Assembly: GCA_050951585.1 (NCBI GenBank)
Contig: JBMNJI010000001.1
Location: 40 to 64,039, forward strand
Source of the DNA: Peptococcia bacterium
Lineage (GTDB): Bacteria > Bacillota > Peptococcia > DRI-13 > DTU073
Length of the DNA stretch: 64,000 nt
Direction of reading: 5' to 3'
Positions 9,265 through 20,155 of this stretch are shown here, one piece after another. The position numbers and the translations under genes are program-made. Within the stretch, counting starts at the first letter, position 1, and each line of letters begins with the position of its first letter. The notes beneath the pieces were generated by a model. The model saw only the letters and a list, made by a program, of their open reading frames with translations. It searched no databases and was not told the DNA's origin.

Positions 9265-9333
9265 GCATTGACATTCACCGAAGAAGGAACATATAATTGT
9301 TTTGATTAGCAAGACGGAGAGAGGAGCAAAAAG

Positions 9334-11010
9334 ATGAGTAGTATTGTTGAAGCGAAAAAACAGCAAGTGCATGTGCAGATAGAAAACGCTTTAGAGCAGG
9401 CCAGAGCCAACGGACAGTTGACTTTTGCGGAAATCCCGGCTTTTACGGTGGAAACACCCCGTGAAAAAGCCTTTGGCGATTTTGCCACAAATATTGCGAT
9501 GCTTTTAAGTAAGCAGGAGAAGATGCCGCCGCGCAAAATTGCCGAGATTCTGGTGGCTAATTTAGGAGAAGCCGGCCCTTTATTTGAAAAGGTGGAAATA
9601 GCCGGCCCGGGCTTTATCAATTTTTATCTGGGCAAAAGCTGGATATACGAAATAGTGCCGCAGGTTCTGCGGGAAGGCGACAGCTTCGGTCATTCCGCTT
9701 TTGGAGAAGGGCGGAAGGTGCAGATTGAATTTGTCAGCGCCAATCCGACCGGACTTTTACATATGGGCAATGCCCGCGGCGCCGCCTTAGGCGATACTTT
9801 GTGCAATGTGATGAAAGCGGCCGGTTACGATGTGCAAAAGGAGTTTTATATCAACGACGCCGGTAATCAAATTGAGAATTTCGGCAAATCACTGGAAGCC
9901 CGTTATTTTCAGTTGCTGGGGCAAAAGGTTGAATTTCCCGAAGAGGGCTATCACGGACAGGATATTGTGGATAGCGTGAAGAAGATTATCGCCGAAGTCG
10001 GCGAGCAGTATTTAACGGTGGACAGTGCTTTGCGGCGGGAATTTTTAATCCAGAAGGCTTTGACTGAAAAACTGAGCAACATCAAAAGGGATTTGGCCGC
10101 TTTTGGTGTGGAGTATGATGTCTGGTTCAGTGAACAAACCCTGCATGATAGCGGGGCCATTACCAAAACAATTGAGGAATTGCAGGAGAAGGGCTATATT
10201 TATGAAAACGAAGGGGCCCTTTGGTTAAAGACGACGGAGTTCGGCGATGAAAAGGATGAGGTCTTGGTGCGCTCAAACGGGGTACCGACATACTTTGCCG
10301 CTGATATTGCTTATCATCGCAATAAATTTGAAAGAGGCTTCGAGAAAGTCATTAATATTTGGGGCGCCGATCATCATGGACACGTCGCCAGGATGAAGGG
10401 TGCCATGCAGGCTTTAGGCCAGGATCCCGAAGCATTGGATGTCATTTTAATGCAATTAGTGCGTCTTTTCCGTAACGGGGAAATCGTGCGGATGTCCAAA
10501 AGGAGCGGTCAATATATTACCCTTTCTGAATTAATTGACGAAGTGGGGAAGGACGCCGCCCGTTTCTTCTTTGTTATGCGCAGTGCGGACAGCCAGATGG
10601 ATTTTGATTTGGATTTAGCGAAAGCGGAGTCCTCGGAAAATCCTGTTTATTATGTGCAATATGCGCACGCGCGGGTTTGCAGTATTCTAAAAGCGAGCAT
10701 TGCTGAATTGCCTGATTATGACCGGGTGGACTTTTCCTTGTTAAAGGAAGAGGCGGAAATAGATTTGATCCGCAAGATTGCTGATTTCCCCGATGAGATC
10801 ATTGGCGCGGCCCAATACTATGAACCGCATCGTCTGACCTATTATGCCCATGATTTAGCCTCGCTTTTTCACAGCTTTTATAACAGTTGCCGTGTGCTGA
10901 TTGATGATGTGGAACTGCGCCAGGCCCGGCTGCTCCTGATCGAAGCGACCCGGATTACTTTGCGCAATGTCTTGCAATTATTAGGCGTGACAGCTCCGGA
11001 GCGGATGTAA
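9334..11010 (+). CDS. argS: arginine--tRNA ligase
   Basis: 558 aa. It has the class I HIGH-type motif (SANPTGLLHMGNARGAALGD), MSKRSG (the KMSKS equivalent), and the DALR anticodon-binding C-terminus. Confidence 0.97.
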   Translation: MSSIVEAKKQQVHVQIENALEQARANGQLTFAEIPAFTVETPREKAFGDFATNIAMLLSKQEKMPPRKIAEILVANLGEAGPLFEKVEIAGPGFINFYLGKSWIYEIVPQVLREGDSFGHSAFGEGRKVQIEFVSANPTGLLHMGNARGAALGDTLCNVMKAAGYDVQKEFYINDAGNQIENFGKSLEARYFQLLGQKVEFPEEGYHGQDIVDSVKKIIAEVGEQYLTVDSALRREFLIQKALTEKLSNIKRDLAAFGVEYDVWFSEQTLHDSGAITKTIEELQEKGYIYENEGALWLKTTEFGDEKDEVLVRSNGVPTYFAADIAYHRNKFERGFEKVINIWGADHHGHVARMKGAMQALGQDPEALDVILMQLVRLFRNGEIVRMSKRSGQYITLSELIDEVGKDAARFFFVMRSADSQMDFDLDLAKAESSENPVYYVQYAHARVCSILKASIAELPDYDRVDFSLLKEEAEIDLIRKIADFPDEIIGAAQYYEPHRLTYYAHDLASLFHSFYNSCRVLIDDVELRQARLLLIEATRITLRNVLQLLGVTAPERM

Positions 11011-11107
11011 TTTTTATTTTTTCGAAAATATTTGTCCGATAGGCAGGAAAACGGGTATATTTGTGAGAATTATGGATTGTTTAGAATTATAAGAGGGGTG
11101 TTTGCCG

Positions 11108-11500
11108 ATGGAAGAATTAGAAAGCATTAATCCTAGTCTATCTGAAGTGGACATCATCTATCAGGTATTAAAGGGTTCTGCCGATCATCAGGGCAAAAAA
11201 CTGAAAGAGTTGCTACAGGCGGTTTTTCAGATTAAAGGGTGGTCGCCGGATGATCACCAGAAAATGGCCGCCATTCACACCCAGCTTATCCTGGATAACC
11301 GGATTGTTAACTTAGGACAAGGACTTTGGGGTTTAAAAGAATGGTCCCAGGCCAAAGTTGTCAGACGGAACCTGTCTTATGGCTCCCGTACGATTCCGTA
11401 CCGCCGCCGTTCTTTATTGGATGAGGTTGAGGTTGAAGAGAAGGAATCTACTGACAAGTATGAAAATGCCGAGGGCGATGAAGACTGGGACAACGAATGA
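11108..11500 (+). CDS. rpoE: DNA-directed RNA polymerase subunit delta
   Basis: An N-terminal HARE-HTH-like domain is followed by an acidic C-terminal tail (EVEVEEKESTDKYENAEGDEDWDNE). It lies immediately upstream of pyrG, as in B. subtilis. Confidence 0.8.
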   Translation: MEELESINPSLSEVDIIYQVLKGSADHQGKKLKELLQAVFQIKGWSPDDHQKMAAIHTQLILDNRIVNLGQGLWGLKEWSQAKVVRRNLSYGSRTIPYRRRSLLDEVEVEEKESTDKYENAEGDEDWDNE

Positions 11501-11541
11501 AATGGGCAGATTTTCTTGATAAATTCTTCATAAAAAGATTG

Positions 11542-11570
11542 TTGACGCAGTCTAAAGGGAAGTATAAAAT
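11542..11570 (+). promoter_or_regulatory. candidate sigma-A promoter of pyrG
   Basis: TTGACG (11542-11547), a 17-nt spacer, then TAAAAT (11565-11570), about 110 nt upstream of the pyrG start. Confidence 0.45.
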
Positions 11571-11605
11571 CTTAGAAGGACTAGTTAGGGAATACTTTAT
11601 AATAA

Positions 11606-13282
<1,677 letters not shown>

Positions 13283-13335
13283 AACGGTGCGGTTGCGGGT
13301 AATTCATCTATACAGGGAAAAGCGGAAGATATTCA

Positions 13336-13365
13336 AGGCGCAGCGGGGGCTGTGCCTATTTCTTT
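13336..13365 (+). terminator. probable terminator after pyrG
   Basis: Stem aggcgcag / ctgtgcct (8 bp including one G-U pair), followed by atttcttt. Confidence 0.45.
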
Positions 13366-13475
13366 AGCAATGCTTGATAGTATCTTAATCCGATCGAAAA
13401 GCTTGAGTAAGAAGCGCATTTATAGGTAGAATAGGAGTAAGGGTAGTATTAAGGAGGACACAAAAGGAGGAGCTT

Positions 13476-14624
13476 ATGTATAAGGCACGGATACTGACAT
13501 CGGAGGAAAAGGAATATTATAATAACTTTCTCCTGAGTGCCCCCAAAGGACATATCTTGCAGTCGTGGGAATGGGGAGAGCTAAAGGGGAAAGGGGAATG
13601 GCAGCCCTATCACCTGATCGTGGAGCAGGAAAAGGAAAACGCGGAAGGGAAAGAAGCGGGAGTAGAACCCGTTGCCGCCATCAGTATTTTAGCCCGCCGC
13701 ATCCCTTTGTTGGGGAAGTACATCTTTTATGCGCCCCGTGGGCCGGTGGGGGATGTGCATAATACCGGGCTGATGGACTTTTTATTTGCCGAAGTCCGAA
13801 AATTTGCCCGGGAAAAGGGGGCCATTTTCCTGAAGCTTGATCCGGATATCTCCGTCGAAGACCAGGACTTTGCCGAATACCTACGCACCCGGGGTTTTCG
13901 GGCGGCGGAAAAAGGTGAAGGCTTTGAAGGGATTCAGCCCAAATTCGTCTTTCGTTTGGATCTAGAGCCGGATCCGGAGACGCTTTTTAATAATTTTCAT
14001 CAAAAAACCCGTTATAATATCCGCCTGGCCACCAAAAAAGGGGTGACAATCCGCCAAGATTGCGAAAAAGACCAGTTGCCGCTCTTTTATGAGATCCTAA
14101 AAGAAACAACCGAACGGGATAAATTTTTAGTGCGGCCTTATCGCTATTTTGCGGAGATGTGGGACCTACTGGCCCCGGCAGGCTATCTCAAGCTTTTTAT
14201 GGCTTATTACGAAGACCGGCCGATTGCGGGCACCCTGGCTTTTCTCTTTGGGGACAAAGCCTGGTATATCTATGGGGCGTCCTCGAATCGGGACCGCCAC
14301 GTGATGCCGAATTATTTGTTGCAGTGGACAATGATTCAGTGGGCGAAGGAAAACAACTGCCGCATGTACGATTTTCGCGGGGTTTCCGGCGATTTATCGG
14401 AGGACAATCCTCTTTATGGGCTGTACCGTTTTAAAAAGGGTTTTAACGGGACTTTTACGGAATTTGTCGGCGAATATGATTTAGTATTTTCCGATTTCTA
14501 TTATCGCTTGTGGACAACGCTCGAGCCGGTATACCAAAAAAATATCCGGCGGTTAATAGCTCTGAAAAAGGCAATTAAGGGTCAGGGAGGAGCGCGCAAT
14601 GACACAGGAAAACAGGCCAAGTGA
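13476..14624 (+). CDS. FemAB-family peptidoglycan interpeptide-bridge peptidyltransferase
   Basis: 382 aa. HILQSWEWGELK...YAPRGP...YDFRGV...LYRFKKGF are typical FemAB/FemX (aminoacyl-tRNA-dependent) motifs. Confidence 0.85.
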   Translation: MYKARILTSEEKEYYNNFLLSAPKGHILQSWEWGELKGKGEWQPYHLIVEQEKENAEGKEAGVEPVAAISILARRIPLLGKYIFYAPRGPVGDVHNTGLMDFLFAEVRKFAREKGAIFLKLDPDISVEDQDFAEYLRTRGFRAAEKGEGFEGIQPKFVFRLDLEPDPETLFNNFHQKTRYNIRLATKKGVTIRQDCEKDQLPLFYEILKETTERDKFLVRPYRYFAEMWDLLAPAGYLKLFMAYYEDRPIAGTLAFLFGDKAWYIYGASSNRDRHVMPNYLLQWTMIQWAKENNCRMYDFRGVSGDLSEDNPLYGLYRFKKGFNGTFTEFVGEYDLVFSDFYYRLWTTLEPVYQKNIRRLIALKKAIKGQGGARNDTGKQAK

Positions 14625-15783
14625 CACCAGGTGGGTAGAGGTGGATCTTGACGCTATTGCCAGCAATTATCACGCGATCCGGCAAAAAATCGGACCGGAG
14701 GTCAAGCTGCTGGGTGTGGTGAAGGCTGATGCCTATGGGCACGGAGCAGTGGAAGTAAGCCGCAAGCTTACGGAGCTGGGCGTGGATATGCTGGGGGTAA
14801 CGACACCCGAGGAAGGGCGGATTTTGCGGGAAGCGGAGATTTCTGCGCCGATTCTCGTTTTTGGGGCCTTTTTGCCCGGGGAAGCCGTATATTATGCGCA
14901 GTATGGTCTAACCGCCACCGTGGCCAGCCGGGAAGCGGTGGACTGGTTAAGGGAGGCGGCCGCCGCAGCCGCGTGCCGGATTAGCGTTCATCTAAAAGTA
15001 GAAACCGGCATGGGGCGTTTCGGTTTATGGCCTGATGAGGTTGTGGCTGTGGCCCGGGAGATTTCCGAATTACCGGAGCTTTGTTTAGAAGGGGTTTATT
15101 CGCATCTGGCTACGGCCATGTGGCAGGATAAGAGCTATGCCCGGAAGCAGTTTGGTATCTTTCAGCAGGTCTGTGCCTCGCTGGAAGAAGCGGGTATCCA
15201 AGGCTTAGTGAAACATCTGGCCAATAGCGCGGCCATATTGGAGCTGCCCGAAATGCATTTAGACATGGTACGGGCGGGGACTTTACTTTATGGACAAGCA
15301 CCGGTGCCACGCCTGGCCCAAAAGATCAGCTTAAAGGATTCCTGGTGTTTAAAGGCGAAAGTAATTTACATCAAAACCTTACCGGCCGGTCATACGGCAG
15401 GTTATGGCCGGACCTTTAAAGCCCGCAGGACGACGACCCTGGCGGTTTTGCCCGTGGGGTTTCTGGACGGCATTCAGGTGGAGCCGGTCTTAAAACCGGC
15501 GGGGCTGTTGGATTTAGTCAAGGGAATGGCTAAACTGCTCTTACGGTATTGCGGCTATCAGAAATTAGGGGCACCGGTCCAATTCCCGCAAGGGGCGGGG
15601 AGGATTGCGGGCAAGGTGGAAATGCAGTTGCTACTGGTTGATGTTTCAGGGTTAGAGGGAATTACGGTGGGGACGGTGGCGTGTATTCCGGCCAGAAGAA
15701 CAGCGGTAAGCGCCGGCATTACGCGGGTTTATCTTGAAAACGGTCAAGTGTTAAGAAAACAAAAACAAGAAAACAGAGGATAG
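14599..15783 (+). CDS. alr: alanine racemase family protein (PLP-dependent), atypical C-terminal half
   Basis: The PLP-lysine motif VVKADAYGHGA is present, as are GYGRTF...LPVGFLDG. It overlaps the femAB gene by 26 nt. An extra ~35 aa sit between the GFLDG motif and the conserved C-terminal beta-domain. Confidence 0.8.
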   Translation: MTQENRPSDTRWVEVDLDAIASNYHAIRQKIGPEVKLLGVVKADAYGHGAVEVSRKLTELGVDMLGVTTPEEGRILREAEISAPILVFGAFLPGEAVYYAQYGLTATVASREAVDWLREAAAAAACRISVHLKVETGMGRFGLWPDEVVAVAREISELPELCLEGVYSHLATAMWQDKSYARKQFGIFQQVCASLEEAGIQGLVKHLANSAAILELPEMHLDMVRAGTLLYGQAPVPRLAQKISLKDSWCLKAKVIYIKTLPAGHTAGYGRTFKARRTTTLAVLPVGFLDGIQVEPVLKPAGLLDLVKGMAKLLLRYCGYQKLGAPVQFPQGAGRIAGKVEMQLLLVDVSGLEGITVGTVACIPARRTAVSAGITRVYLENGQVLRKQKQENRG

Positions 15784-15811
15784 CCGGAGGAAATAAAGAA
15801 GGAGGCTGCGT

Positions 15812-16168
15812 ATGGAGAATACTACAAATGTTATTAAAATTTTAATAGTTGATGATCAGGAAGGAATTCGGCAATTGTTAACGGAGGCCTGTGCTTTATT
15901 GGGCTATGAGGCCAAAACGGCCGCCAATGGGGATGAAGCTTTACAATTGATCGGTCAGGAGGATTTTCAGGTTGCGCTTGTTGATCTGAAAATGGGCGGT
16001 TTAAATGGTTTCGAAACAATGAAGCGGCTGAAGGAGAAGAGAAAGGATATGAGGGGCGTATTTATGTCCGGCTATGGACTACGGGAAATGGAAGGGAATT
16101 ATATTCTGAACAAACCATTTGATCTGCAGGAAATGGAAGATGTTTTAGAAAAAGTTCTCAATAATTAA
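15812..16168 (+). CDS. spo0F: single-domain response regulator (Spo0F-like phosphotransferase)
   Basis: 118 aa, receiver domain only (ILIVDDQEGIR...VALVDLKMGGLNG...). It sits just upstream of fba-tal as spo0F does in B. subtilis, so the symbol rests on synteny. Confidence 0.65.
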   Translation: MENTTNVIKILIVDDQEGIRQLLTEACALLGYEAKTAANGDEALQLIGQEDFQVALVDLKMGGLNGFETMKRLKEKRKDMRGVFMSGYGLREMEGNYILNKPFDLQEMEDVLEKVLNN

Positions 16169-16280
16169 GCAGAAAAAAGGGCAGGATTTTTCGGTAGAAT
16201 GAAGAATAATTTTTAATAAACCGATACAAAGGTACTACAGGCGTGAAGAGCAAAGAGCAAAAAGAAAGCGGGTAAGAAAA

Positions 16281-16958
16281 GTGCTTATTACGACGAATAC
16301 CATCCTGACCCTGCGTTGTCCGAAATGCGGGAAAACAAATATGTATGCCTTGTCCCGTTTCCGTTGCGGGAAAAGAAACCCCTTTCATTTGAGCTGTGAA
16401 TGCGGGAGCAACCTGCTGGAGATCTCCAGAAAAGGGCGGGAAGCATATTGGCTGCGTGTTTTATGTAATCTGTGTGAAACGGAGCATGTTTTTCATCTGT
16501 CCGGAGCACAGATTTGGAATAAAAAAGCGCTTTCGCTTCATTGCGAAAACACCCAAATCGTGCTTGGCTATCTGGGCAGCAAGGAAGAAGTGCTGAAAGC
16601 GATTAATGAAGAGGCGGACCTGACTAAGGGAATTGCTGCTCAAGCTGCTCAATTGGAAAACAGGGATTTTTATGTGAATTCGGCCATTATGCTTCAGGTG
16701 CTTGAAGCTTTACGGAAAATTGACGAGCAAGGCCAAATTTCTTGCAGTTGTGGCAGAAGCGAACTGGAATTTGAAACATATCCGGACAGGGTGGAAATTC
16801 GCTGCGTTGATTGTCAGGCTGTGGGGATCGTCTTTGCGGAATCAGTCCGTGATCTCCGGAATATCAACAAAACGGAGGCCATTCAATTGGCGGCAGCCAC
16901 CCGCAAATATTTAGATGATAGTAGTTTTCGCGGAAAAAAGAAGGTTAAAAATAAGTAA
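16281..16958 (+). CDS. hypothetical Cys-rich (double zinc-ribbon-like) protein
   Basis: 225 aa. It has CPKCG...CECG...CNLCE in the N-terminal half and CSCG...CVDCQ in the C-terminal half. I recognise no family. Confidence 0.55.
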   Translation: MLITTNTILTLRCPKCGKTNMYALSRFRCGKRNPFHLSCECGSNLLEISRKGREAYWLRVLCNLCETEHVFHLSGAQIWNKKALSLHCENTQIVLGYLGSKEEVLKAINEEADLTKGIAAQAAQLENRDFYVNSAIMLQVLEALRKIDEQGQISCSCGRSELEFETYPDRVEIRCVDCQAVGIVFAESVRDLRNINKTEAIQLAAATRKYLDDSSFRGKKKVKNK

Positions 16959-17053
16959 AACGACATAAAATTAGTTTATAGCGAAAAGATTTATGGTAAA
17001 ATTGTACATGGATATAATAAAATCATCATGAAAAGAATTGGGGGCTTGGAAGG

Positions 17054-17908
17054 ATGCCATTAGTAACAGCGAAAGAGCTTTTAGAAGATGCGGTTAAAGG
17101 TAATTATGCGGTGGGGGCGTTTAATTGCAACAACATGGAGATTATCCAGGCAATTATTGCCGCTGCCGAGGCGGAAAAATCACCGGTTATTATTCAGGCC
17201 AGTCAGGGCGCGATCAAGTATGCCGGGCTGGACTATATTGTTGGTTTAGTACATACAGGAGCGGAGAAGTCCAAGATTCCTATTTGCTTACATCTGGATC
17301 ATGGCACTGATTTTAAGCAGGTAGTGCAGTGCATTGCGCAAGGCTTTTCCTCGGTGATGTTTGATGGCTCAAAACTTTCGCTGGAGGAGAATATTGCGGT
17401 CACGAAAAGAATCGTGGAAATAGCCCGGGCTGTTGGCGTTTCAGTTGAGGCGGAATTGGGGAAAATAGCAGGGACAGAGGATGACGTCAGTGTTTCAGCT
17501 CGAGAGGCCATGTTAACTGACCCGGCCGATGTAAAGTATTTCGTCGAACAGACTGCCGTTGATTCGCTGGCCGTGGCGATAGGGACTGCCCATGGACAGT
17601 ATAAGGCGGAGCCCAAATTGGATTTTGAACGGCTGGCCCAAATACAGAGTCTCGTGAATGTCCCGATTGTCATGCACGGTTCCTCGGGAGTGCCGGATAA
17701 AGACGTGCAAAAGGCGATTTCCCTTGGTGTCCGCAAGGTCAATATCGATACGAATATTCGCGAAGCTTTCGTAAAAGGAGTTAAAGATGTGCTGGCTAAG
17801 CATCCCGCGGAAATTGATCCGCGGAAAATCTTAGGGCCGGCCAAGGAAGCCATGACGGAGATCGTCAGAGAAAAAATGAGGGTTTTTGGCAGTAGCGGGA
17901 AAGCATAA
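17054..17908 (+). CDS. fba: fructose-1,6-bisphosphate aldolase, class II
   Basis: MPLVTAKELLEDAVKGNYAVGAFNCNNMEI...LHLDHG...AIGTAHGQYK...MHGSSG is the canonical class II FBA sequence. Confidence 0.96.
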   Translation: MPLVTAKELLEDAVKGNYAVGAFNCNNMEIIQAIIAAAEAEKSPVIIQASQGAIKYAGLDYIVGLVHTGAEKSKIPICLHLDHGTDFKQVVQCIAQGFSSVMFDGSKLSLEENIAVTKRIVEIARAVGVSVEAELGKIAGTEDDVSVSAREAMLTDPADVKYFVEQTAVDSLAVAIGTAHGQYKAEPKLDFERLAQIQSLVNVPIVMHGSSGVPDKDVQKAISLGVRKVNIDTNIREAFVKGVKDVLAKHPAEIDPRKILGPAKEAMTEIVREKMRVFGSSGKA

Positions 17909-17986
17909 GCATAATACCCCGGAGGCCGGGTTTGGGTACAGGGAGCCTACCTGTACCCGTTTACATTTGTGCGAGGTGATGTTTTT

Positions 17987-18634
17987 GTGGAAATGTTTTT
18001 AGATACTGCTAATCTAACCGAAATCAGAGACGCTGTTTCATATGGAGTTATTTCGGGTATCACCACTAATCCTTCTTTAGTCGCACAGGAAAAGGAGCGG
18101 GACTTTTTCGAAATCCTGCAGGAAATTACCGGTTTACTGCCCGGTCCCGTGAGCGCGGAAGTGATGGCGACTACCGCCGGGGAGATGCTGGAGGAGGCCA
18201 GAAAGCTTGCCGCGATTCGGGAAAACATTGTGGTCAAAATTCCGATGACCGGGGAAGGAATCAAGTGTGTCGCAAAGTTATCTGAAGAGGGAATTAAGAC
18301 AAATGTCACCCTTGTTTTTTCCCTGAACCAGGCCTTATTGGCGGCCAGGGCAGGAGCAACTTTTGTGAGCCCTTTTGTGGGGAGATTGGATGATGTGGGC
18401 TATGAAGGGATTTCCCTGGTGCGGGATATTGTAGACACTTTTCGCCTTCATAATCTGGCGACCCGCGTTATTGCCGCCAGCATCCGGCATCCATATCATG
18501 TGCTTGAGGCAGCCCAGGCCGGTTCGCATATTGCCACCATCCCTTATAAAGTCTTCTTACAACTCTTTGAGCATCCCTTGACGACGTTGGGTCTTGCAAA
18601 GTTTCGGAAGGACTGGGAAGCCAAATTTAAATAA
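17987..18634 (+). CDS. tal: transaldolase / fructose-6-phosphate aldolase family
   Basis: (V/M)EMFLDTANL...GITTNPSL...VVKIP...[14 protein letters not shown] 17987 lies 7 nt after gaggtga; ATG 17993 is an alternative start. Confidence 0.93.
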   Translation: MEMFLDTANLTEIRDAVSYGVISGITTNPSLVAQEKERDFFEILQEITGLLPGPVSAEVMATTAGEMLEEARKLAAIRENIVVKIPMTGEGIKCVAKLSEEGIKTNVTLVFSLNQALLAARAGATFVSPFVGRLDDVGYEGISLVRDIVDTFRLHNLATRVIAASIRHPYHVLEAAQAGSHIATIPYKVFLQLFEHPLTTLGLAKFRKDWEAKFK

Positions 18635-18682
18635 GCAAGAGAAAATGGTGTGAGATTGTGAGATAAAGAGGAGGAAAAGGTA

Positions 18683-19678
18683 ATGACAACAGAAAGATTG
18701 GTCTCGTTGATGCAAAGAGAATTGACCCTTGAATTTGCCCGTGTTACGGAGGCTGCGGCGATTTCTTCCGCCCGTTGGTGGGGGAGAGGCGATAAGAATT
18801 CAGCTGATGATGCCGCCACTGAAGCCATGCGGGCCATGTTTGACACTGTCAACATTGACGGGACTGTAGTGATTGGTGAAGGGGAAATGGACGAGGCCCC
18901 GATGCTCTATATCGGGGAAAAAGTAGGCACCGGGAAAAATGTGGAGGTTGATGTGGCCGTTGATCCTTTAGAGGGCACCAATCTCGTGGCCAAAGGGTTA
19001 ATGGGGGCGATCACTGTTCTGGCTGTGGCTCCGAAAGGATGTCTGCTGCATGCCCCGGATATGTATATGGAGAAAATTGCGGCCGGGCCGGCGGCAAAGG
19101 GAAAAATCAGTCTTGATGCCACCGTTACGGAGAATGTGCAGGCCGTTGCGAAGAGTTTGAATAAAGAGGTTAACGATGTGACCGTGGTCGTATTAGACAG
19201 GGAGCGGCATGAGCATATTATTGAGGAATTAAGAAGAATCGGCGCGCGGATCAAACTGATTAGCGACGGTGATGTCTCGCCTGCTGTGGCCACCAGCATC
19301 CCGGGTTCCGGCGTAGATATGGTGATTGGGATCGGGGGCGCTCCGGAAGGTGTTTTGGCTGCTGCCGCCCAACGGTGTACCGGCGGAGAGTTTCAGGGAC
19401 GGCTGTGGCCGGAAAATGAAGAACAGGTGCAACGGGCCCGTAAATTAGGCGTGAAAAATCCCAAAAAAATTCTCACTCTCAACGATTTGGTGCGCGGAGA
19501 TGACGTAATTTTTGCGGCCTCCGGCGTTACTGATGGCGATTTTCTCAAGGGTGTACGCTATTACGGAAATTATGCGACCACCCATACGGTCGTAATGCGT
19601 GGTGTTTCGGGGACCATTCGTTTCTTAGAGTCCAGGCATCGGGTTGATAAGAAGACACAATATACAAGACGGTCCTAA
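18683..19678 (+). CDS. glpX: fructose-1,6-bisphosphatase class II (GlpX)
   Basis: LTLEFARVTEAAAISSARWWGRGDKNSADDAATEAMR...DPLEGTN...GIGGAPEGV are GlpX hallmarks. Confidence 0.95.
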   Translation: MTTERLVSLMQRELTLEFARVTEAAAISSARWWGRGDKNSADDAATEAMRAMFDTVNIDGTVVIGEGEMDEAPMLYIGEKVGTGKNVEVDVAVDPLEGTNLVAKGLMGAITVLAVAPKGCLLHAPDMYMEKIAAGPAAKGKISLDATVTENVQAVAKSLNKEVNDVTVVVLDRERHEHIIEELRRIGARIKLISDGDVSPAVATSIPGSGVDMVIGIGGAPEGVLAAAAQRCTGGEFQGRLWPENEEQVQRARKLGVKNPKKILTLNDLVRGDDVIFAASGVTDGDFLKGVRYYGNYATTHTVVMRGVSGTIRFLESRHRVDKKTQYTRRS

Positions 19679-19820
19679 TATTTCATTCTTTTTTGGGTCT
19701 AATATGGCTTTTTTCTATGTGTTGAATTTTTAAATCACCTGTGTTATAATTCTCTAATGTGATGATTTAAACGGTATACAGGACTTTTTTAAGTAAGGGT
19801 TTTTGAAAGAAGGTGAAAAT

Positions 19821-20021
19821 GTGAAAGAGGGTATTCATCCGAAATATCATAAGGCCACGGTAACTTGTGCTTGCGGCGAAACCTTTGAAACCGGTTCAAC
19901 AAAGCAGGAATTACGCGTGGAGCTTTGTTCAAAATGTCATCCTTTCTTCACCGGTAAACAGCGTACAGTGTTCACTACCGGGCGTGTGGAAAGATTTAAG
20001 AGCAAGTACGGCCTAGAATAA
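19821..20021 (+). CDS. rpmE: 50S ribosomal protein L31
   Basis: (V)[26 protein letters not shown]...[10 protein letters not shown]. The GTG 19821 start gives the canonical length. Confidence 0.95.
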   Translation: MKEGIHPKYHKATVTCACGETFETGSTKQELRVELCSKCHPFFTGKQRTVFTTGRVERFKSKYGLE

Positions 20022-20028
20022 GTTAAGA

Positions 20029-20060
20029 TATAGCAGAGCCCAGGCTCTGCTATATTTATA
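20029..20060 (+). terminator. probable terminator after rpmE
   Basis: Palindrome atagcagagcc / ggctctgctat, followed by an A/T-rich tail. Confidence 0.5.
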
Positions 20061-20155
20061 CGGCGCGTGATGTGTCTGTCTAATTTTTCCGATTAGTTGA
20101 TGCTTGGTATTTTTATTTTTCCGGTAATTGAGAGCGGGGAAAGGTGGTCTGCTTC

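Noticed and set aside
9265-9333. T-box or riboswitch leaders upstream of argS, glyA (27011-27076) and pyrG
   Set aside because: The argS and glyA spacers are far too short for such leaders. The pyrG leader has only a weak 7-bp hairpin with no U-tract, so I report only the candidate promoter.
17299-17853. 184-aa antisense ORF inside fba. Similar long antisense ORFs occur at 28079-28615 (glyA/dCMP deaminase), 34320-34871 (atpA), 57336-57881 (rod gene), 41780-42460 (spoIIQ-like), 8425-8868 (ypeB) and 39113-39511 (murA).
   Set aside because: Each lies fully inside a confidently identified gene on the opposite strand. Their sequences are low-complexity or unrecognisable and lack start contexts.
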